The position numbers were made by a program, and so were the translations under genes. From an uncultured virus (IMG/VR IMGVR_UViG_3300037042_007110) (lineage: Duplodnaviria > Heunggongvirae > Uroviricota > Caudoviricetes): a stretch of 20,000 bases of DNA. The DNA lies in the IMG/VR virus record IMGVR_UViG_3300037042_007110, positions 57,157-77,156 of that record, one strand, 5' to 3'. A model generated the notes under the pieces. It saw nothing but the letters and a program-made list of their open reading frames with translations. It was not told the origin of the DNA and did not search any database. Within the stretch, counting starts at the first letter, position 1, and the number at the start of each line of letters is the position of its first letter. Shown here piece by piece: positions 15,634-20,000 of this stretch.

Positions 15634-16332
15634 ATGACGGGCAAGGCGAGCAAGACGAGCAGGACGAGCAGGAAGCCGCGCAAGCTGACCGTGGCACAAC
15701 AGGCGTTGGCCGTGGCCGAGTACGTCGACTCGATCCGGGCGGCCGCCCCGGCCGGCGCGACCGTCGCAACGGGCGAGGGCTCCAACGACGGGACGTGTGC
15801 CTACCGGCGGGACGGCCGCGGGTTCGGTACGGGGAACGAGACGTGGGCGACCGTCCTGGTCGGCGCGGCGGCCCGGGTCGTGTTCAACGTCTCCTGTGAC
15901 GAGCAGGGTGTCGACGTCTACGGACACACCCTGTTCACGAACGCCGAGGGCCAGTGGTGCTCCTATTCGCGGCGTGGAATCGAGGATTCCTTCTACGGGA
16001 CCGACTTCTCGAACCGCAGCAACCCGCCCAAGCCGGCCAGCGAGCTCCTCGCGAAGCAGCTCGAACGGGCGGAGGCGGGGCGCGCCAAGGCGCTCGCCAA
16101 CGTGGGTAAGTGGATCACCGTCCCGGGTGCGCCTTCTCGGCTGCACCAGGACGACCTTCCGCGCGTGCAGGCGACCCTGGCCTCGGGCTCCGTCCACAGC
16201 ATCTACCCGCACGGCTTCGGCACCGGGATGCAGATCTCCGCGCGGCTCATCCGCGGCTGGACGAGGAACCCGGCGGTGGCCAAGGCGCTCGGCGTGCGCG
16301 AAGCCTTCACGTCGACCTTCGATGCGGACTGA
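15634..16332 (+). CDS. hypothetical protein
   Basis: AAGGAGG RBS; basic N-terminal tail; strong GC3 bias. Confidence 0.75.
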   Translation: MTGKASKTSRTSRKPRKLTVAQQALAVAEYVDSIRAAAPAGATVATGEGSNDGTCAYRRDGRGFGTGNETWATVLVGAAARVVFNVSCDEQGVDVYGHTLFTNAEGQWCSYSRRGIEDSFYGTDFSNRSNPPKPASELLAKQLERAEAGRAKALANVGKWITVPGAPSRLHQDDLPRVQATLASGSVHSIYPHGFGTGMQISARLIRGWTRNPAVAKALGVREAFTSTFDAD

Positions 16333-16354
16333 AACACAGGGAAAGGAGAGCACG

Positions 16355-16546
16355 ATGACCATGGAACGCTGTGCGTACTGGCGCGAAGTGATCGGGGCGG
16401 AGATGGACGCCGGCTTCGACGCCGGCGAGTTCAGTGGCCCGGACCACGGCAAGGCGCTCGAGACGCTGGAGCCCTGCGGCCGGTGCCCCGACTGCATCAC
16501 CTCCGTCGCTGCTGCCGCCGAGGGGCCGTCCGGCCTCAACGACTAG
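16355..16546 (+). CDS. small Cys-containing protein (63 aa)
   Basis: AAAGGAG RBS; PCGRCPDC. Confidence 0.6.
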   Translation: MTMERCAYWREVIGAEMDAGFDAGEFSGPDHGKALETLEPCGRCPDCITSVAAAAEGPSGLND

Positions 16547-16557
16547 GCGAGCCCGCC

Positions 16558-16568
16558 GCTCAATAACC
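16558..16568 (+). promoter_or_regulatory. CAAT-box element, copy 8
   Basis: GCTCAATAACC, intergenic; GGAGGT then ATG 16588. Confidence 0.6.
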
Positions 16569-16587
16569 AGGCCGAACGGAGGTGAGC

Positions 16588-16890
16588 ATGACGCTGGCGA
16601 CGTTGTTTGCTCTGTGCGACGCCTGGGCGCAGCTCGCGCCAGAGGTGCAGAAGACACTTCGCGCGGCCGCGGCGGCCGACGATTCCTTCGACACGAACCG
16701 CGAGCAGCTCAGCACGGCCATCAAGCAGGCGCGGGCTGGCCTGTCCCTGGCCGACGGGCAGGCCTTCGCGCTCCGCGTCTTCCTGGAAGGCGACAACGAC
16801 CTTCGCGCCGAAGCGGCCGGCATGCGGGCGAAGTACCGTGCGCTGTACGACGACCTGGTCGATGAGGTCGTCGCGCCGGGGCACTCGTGA
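16588..16890 (+). CDS. helical hypothetical protein
   Basis: GGAGGTGA RBS; 100 aa. Confidence 0.7.
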   Translation: MTLATLFALCDAWAQLAPEVQKTLRAAAAADDSFDTNREQLSTAIKQARAGLSLADGQAFALRVFLEGDNDLRAEAAGMRAKYRALYDDLVDEVVAPGHS

Positions 16891-17588
16891 GCCGGGTCGA
16901 CTACGCCTTCCACGATGACGGGGCGGTCATCATTCTGTCGGCTCCTCCGCCAGTCTGGGAGTTACATCTTCCGCCGGACCCGAAATTCACAGCAAACGGA
17001 TGGGGTCGGCGCGTCCGCGCCGCGGGTGGCTCCTACGTGGAGGCGCGCGGCGCCACGACGCGGCGGTTCGTCTCCGTTCCAGGCACCGCTGGGGAGCTCG
17101 TAGACGCGCTCGTCGCCGCCTTTGCCGCGGGGAAGGCGCTGACCGCGGTCGTTCGGGGCGTCCCGCGAGCGCTCCCGACGTGGGCTGTCATGGTCCGCGT
17201 GGAGTCTGCTGCTCGGCCGGGGCCGGCGGCGGCGATGGAACGCGCGTGGTCCAGGAACTTGCAGCGGATGGCTTCCGACCCGCGCATCCCGGTCGTTCCG
17301 TGGAACGACGCGACGCGTGCCGCATTTGCCGAGAACTGCCGAGCGAAGGAGCAGGACGCGTTCGCCCGTGAGGTTGAACGGGCCGTCACGGGGCTCGTCG
17401 GGCTCCTGGCGCGCCTGGAGCCTGGTGTTGCTCGGGTCGTTCTGGCTGCGGTTCGGGCCGGACTGTCCGCGGCACGGAGGCGTGGCGCCGACGTCAGTAC
17501 CGCGTCCGCGGAGGCCGGGGACATCGCTCGGCGGTCCGTCGCACCGGCACCCGCCCGCGGCACGCGCCGTGTCCAGCGGACGCGCTGA
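16887..17588 (+). CDS. hypothetical protein
   Basis: GTGA overlap; 233 aa. Confidence 0.6.
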   Translation: MSRVDYAFHDDGAVIILSAPPPVWELHLPPDPKFTANGWGRRVRAAGGSYVEARGATTRRFVSVPGTAGELVDALVAAFAAGKALTAVVRGVPRALPTWAVMVRVESAARPGPAAAMERAWSRNLQRMASDPRIPVVPWNDATRAAFAENCRAKEQDAFAREVERAVTGLVGLLARLEPGVARVVLAAVRAGLSAARRRGADVSTASAEAGDIARRSVAPAPARGTRRVQRTR

Positions 17589-17688
17589 CCGTCATTCCAC
17601 TCCGATAAATCGTCCTGGGGATCACCCACACAAGTTGCCGAAAGCATTTGCGAAACCAGGGCGGTTCCAACAATCGGCCCCGGATGTC

Positions 17689-17717
17689 TTGCGGGAAACC
17701 GGCGGGTTTCCTATAAA
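17689..17717 (+). promoter_or_regulatory. sigma70-type promoter with palindromic operator in the spacer (copy B)
   Basis: TTGCGG-17 nt-TATAAA; GGAAACC-ggcg-GGTTTCC at 17694-17711. Confidence 0.75.
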
Positions 17718-17735
17718 TGGTGGTGGAGGCTGAGA

Positions 17736-18329
17736 ATGGCGAAGCGAAACGAGAAGACGGCGAAGGCGGCGGCGGTTCTGGCTGAACTCCTGGGAGCGAG
17801 CGGGACAGCCGTGAACACGAACGGCACCCTCCGGGTCGGCAACGCGGCGCTCGCGCGCCTGGCCGAGCTCGCCCCGGGCTATGCCGACTACGTCGGCGTG
17901 CGCGTGAACACCAACAGCGTCACCATCGACCCGACCTCGTTCCCCTACGTCGCCGCGCTCGCCATGAAGGACGCCCCGGTCGTGATCCGCTCCGAGACGC
18001 CCGCCCCGGGCTTCTCCGTTCCGAAGGCGCCGAAGACGACCGCGAAGGCGTTCCCGGGCGCGAAGGCGACGCCCGCCGCCTCGACCGGTCCGACCGTCAT
18101 CATCGACCGCGGGGCGCGCGTCGTGGGCGTCGGCGACCTGGTCGGGTTCAAGAGCGACATCGAGCAGGACGGCATCATCGTGTCGATCGAGGACCGCCGC
18201 GAGTACTGGAACCGCCGGACGGTCATCACCGTGAAGCCGGCCAACGGCGATCACTTCTACGGCGACTACATCGGGCCGCGCTCCACGGGCGAGTCGACGA
18301 CGGAGCTGGACCCCGAGGAGTGCTGGTAG
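17736..18329 (+). CDS. two-domain phage protein, C-terminal SH3/KOW-like domain
   Basis: GGAGG RBS; Pro/Ala/Lys linker, then VGVGDLVGFKSDIEQDGIIVSIE. Confidence 0.75.
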   Translation: MAKRNEKTAKAAAVLAELLGASGTAVNTNGTLRVGNAALARLAELAPGYADYVGVRVNTNSVTIDPTSFPYVAALAMKDAPVVIRSETPAPGFSVPKAPKTTAKAFPGAKATPAASTGPTVIIDRGARVVGVGDLVGFKSDIEQDGIIVSIEDRREYWNRRTVITVKPANGDHFYGDYIGPRSTGESTTELDPEECW

Positions 18330-18358
18330 GCAAGGCAAGAGAGGAACAGGAGGACACC

Positions 18359-18898
18359 ATGAACACCATCACGAGGCAGCAGAGGACCGAGGCGGGGCTG
18401 GCGAAGGCGGCGGCGGCACGGGCCGAGATCGTCGCGGCGCTCACGGCGGCGGAGGCGAGCGTCGAGGACAAGGGACTGTACCTGGTCGTGAACGGCCAGC
18501 GCGTCCCGTTCGAGGTCGGCCTGGAGTACTCGGGCGGGGCGCTCTACTCCAGCCCCAACGGCAAGGTCCGCGCGAAGCTGGGCGCTCACGGGGACGTCCG
18601 GCAGTTCCCCGAGGGCAAGACCGGGCTCAACGTCGCGAAGATCGTCGAAGCGATCGGCGCCTACGCCCGGGCCGAGCTGGCCGCGGCGCGGAGGCGGGCC
18701 GAGCGCGACGGCCGCGAGGCGGCGGGGCTCCAGGTCGCGGCGCGGATCAACGAGACGGCGTCCGCGACCTCGACAGCCCGGGCGGTCGCGCGGAAGGGCA
18801 CCGGCCAGCTCGCCGTCCTGGTCGACATGGACGTGGAGGAGTGGCAGGCGACCGCGATTCTCGCGGCGATCCGCGCCATCGTCGGGGCGGGGAAGTGA
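18359..18898 (+). CDS. hypothetical protein
   Basis: AGGAGG RBS before ATG 18359; strong GC3 bias. Confidence 0.75.
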   Translation: MNTITRQQRTEAGLAKAAAARAEIVAALTAAEASVEDKGLYLVVNGQRVPFEVGLEYSGGALYSSPNGKVRAKLGAHGDVRQFPEGKTGLNVAKIVEAIGAYARAELAAARRRAERDGREAAGLQVAARINETASATSTARAVARKGTGQLAVLVDMDVEEWQATAILAAIRAIVGAGK

Positions 18899-19041
18899 CC
18901 GTGAGCCGCTTCGGGACAGGGACCGAGTTCGAGAGCAACGAGGCTGCGATGGTCGCGGCTTCGCTCAATGAGGCAACTGGCGGCGACGGGACCGCCGCCG
19001 AGCTGGCCGCCACGGGCGGTTGCGAGAGGGAGGCTAGGACC

Positions 19042-20000
19042 ATGACGCAGGGAACCCAGAAGATCGACACCACCGCGATCCGCAACGCCATCGCCGTCGT
19101 GCTGAGCCGGGCCGAAGCCCCGATGCCGACCGCGACCGTGGCCCACACCGCCGGGGAGTCGCTCATGGCAGCTGTTCCCGGGCATCGCATCCGCTACGCG
19201 CTCGAGCAGATGGAGGCCGAAGGGCTCGTCGCCCGCGCGACGCGCGTCCCTCGCGTGAGCTGGGCGCTCGTGGTCACGACCGCCGCACAGAAGGCCGAGC
19301 ACGCCGGCGTGCTGGTGCCCGTCGCCACCGAGCCGCCCGCCATCGACCTCTGCGCCTTCTGCGACGACCAGAGCCACAACCGGGACGCGGACGGCTTCTG
19401 CATCCGGTGCGGCAAGCCCGCGGCGGACGCCCCTTCGCCCGAGGCGCTCTCGTTCATGCGCGAGGAGGCCGGCCAGCCCATCGCGCTCGAGGCGGACGAG
19501 CCGCCCGCCGTCCAGGCCACCCTGGGCGCCACGGCCGCGAAGCGCCGGACCGGGAAGGCGCGGACCCCGAAGGCCGAACCCGTCGCCGCGCCCGCGGCCA
19601 AGCCGAAGAAGGCGCCGGAGCCCGCGACGAACGGCGTCGCTCCGGCCGAGGCCTCGGCTGCAGCGGCAGCCCTCCGCAGCGCAGGCGTCTGCGACAGGAT
19701 GGCTCTCGTTCTCGCGGACGGCCGGGGCCGGCCGGGCTCGGAGCTCGCGCGGCTCGTTGGTGTGGCTTCCAAGGTCCAGCGGGCTGGGTTCGAGCAGATC
19801 GTCGCCGCCATGAACGCCTCCGGCGAGCTGGCGCGCGACGGCGCCGTCGTCATCCTGAACCCGATGGGTGGCCTGGTCGACACCGCCGCGTTGCTCGCCG
19901 CGGTCGCCGGGGCGCTCGGCACCGGCGCGACGGCCGGTGTCGTCAGCGTGAACGTGACCGGTCCGGCGCTGGCTGCGCTGGCGCGGCTGCTCGGGCTCAA
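19042..20000 (+). CDS. putative DNA-binding protein (winged-helix-like, CxxC...CxxC finger, second HTH-like region); 3'-truncated
   Basis: Absent from the ORF track because there is no stop in the window. GGGAGG RBS; MTQGTQKIDTTAIRNAIAVVLSRAEAPMPTATVA...RIRYALEQMEAEGLVAR; CAFC...CIRC. Frame is also open from GTG 18895. Confidence 0.7.
   Translation, partial: MTQGTQKIDTTAIRNAIAVVLSRAEAPMPTATVAHTAGESLMAAVPGHRIRYALEQMEAEGLVARATRVPRVSWALVVTTAAQKAEHAGVLVPVATEPPAIDLCAFCDDQSHNRDADGFCIRCGKPAADAPSPEALSFMREEAGQPIALEADEPPAVQATLGATAAKRRTGKARTPKAEPVAAPAAKPKKAPEPATNGVAPAEASAAAAALRSAGVCDRMALVLADGRGRPGSELARLVGVASKVQRAGFEQIVAAMNASGELARDGAVVILNPMGGLVDTAALLAAVAGALGTGATAGVVSVNVTGPALAALARLLGL

Noticed and set aside
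15644..15676. Short 9-nt tandem repeat (GACGAGCAG-like)
   Set aside because: Only encodes a low-complexity basic tail (KASKTSRTSRK).
18963..18973. Ninth plus-strand CAAT box (GCTCAATGAGG)
   Set aside because: Mismatched 3' end and 76 nt from the likely ATG, outside the 23-29 nt spacing of the others.

Overview
GC-rich, gene-dense, almost entirely plus-strand region that reads like the accessory/modification arm of a tailed phage or prophage. It has about 45 mostly small ORFs, frequent ATGA/GTGA stop-start overlaps and strong GGAGG ribosome-binding sites. No structural, rRNA/tRNA or CRISPR elements were seen. Recognisable families: DUF3850/ASCH-like protein, YkgJ/CxxCxxCC cysteine-cluster protein, DUF4417 protein, radical SAM/SPASM enzyme, membrane-anchored matrixin-type metalloprotease and HNH endonuclease. 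The standout is a DUF4417 gene followed by seven tandem genes (8804-11871). All seven begin with the same MGGRG-poly-Gly-Ala leader and then continue into unrelated bodies, with no Cys and one Lys in 997 residues. This looks like an enzyme plus a tagged, interchangeable cargo array, and the radical SAM/SPASM and protease genes follow it. Two regulatory classes are visible. A C[G/T]CAAT[G/A]A[C/T] element sits 23-29 nt before eight start codons, including a back-to-back palindromic pair upstream of DUF4417. Two paralogous sigma70-type promoters carry an operator-like palindrome filling the 17-bp spacer. Family names come from motif recognition by eye, not from database searches.
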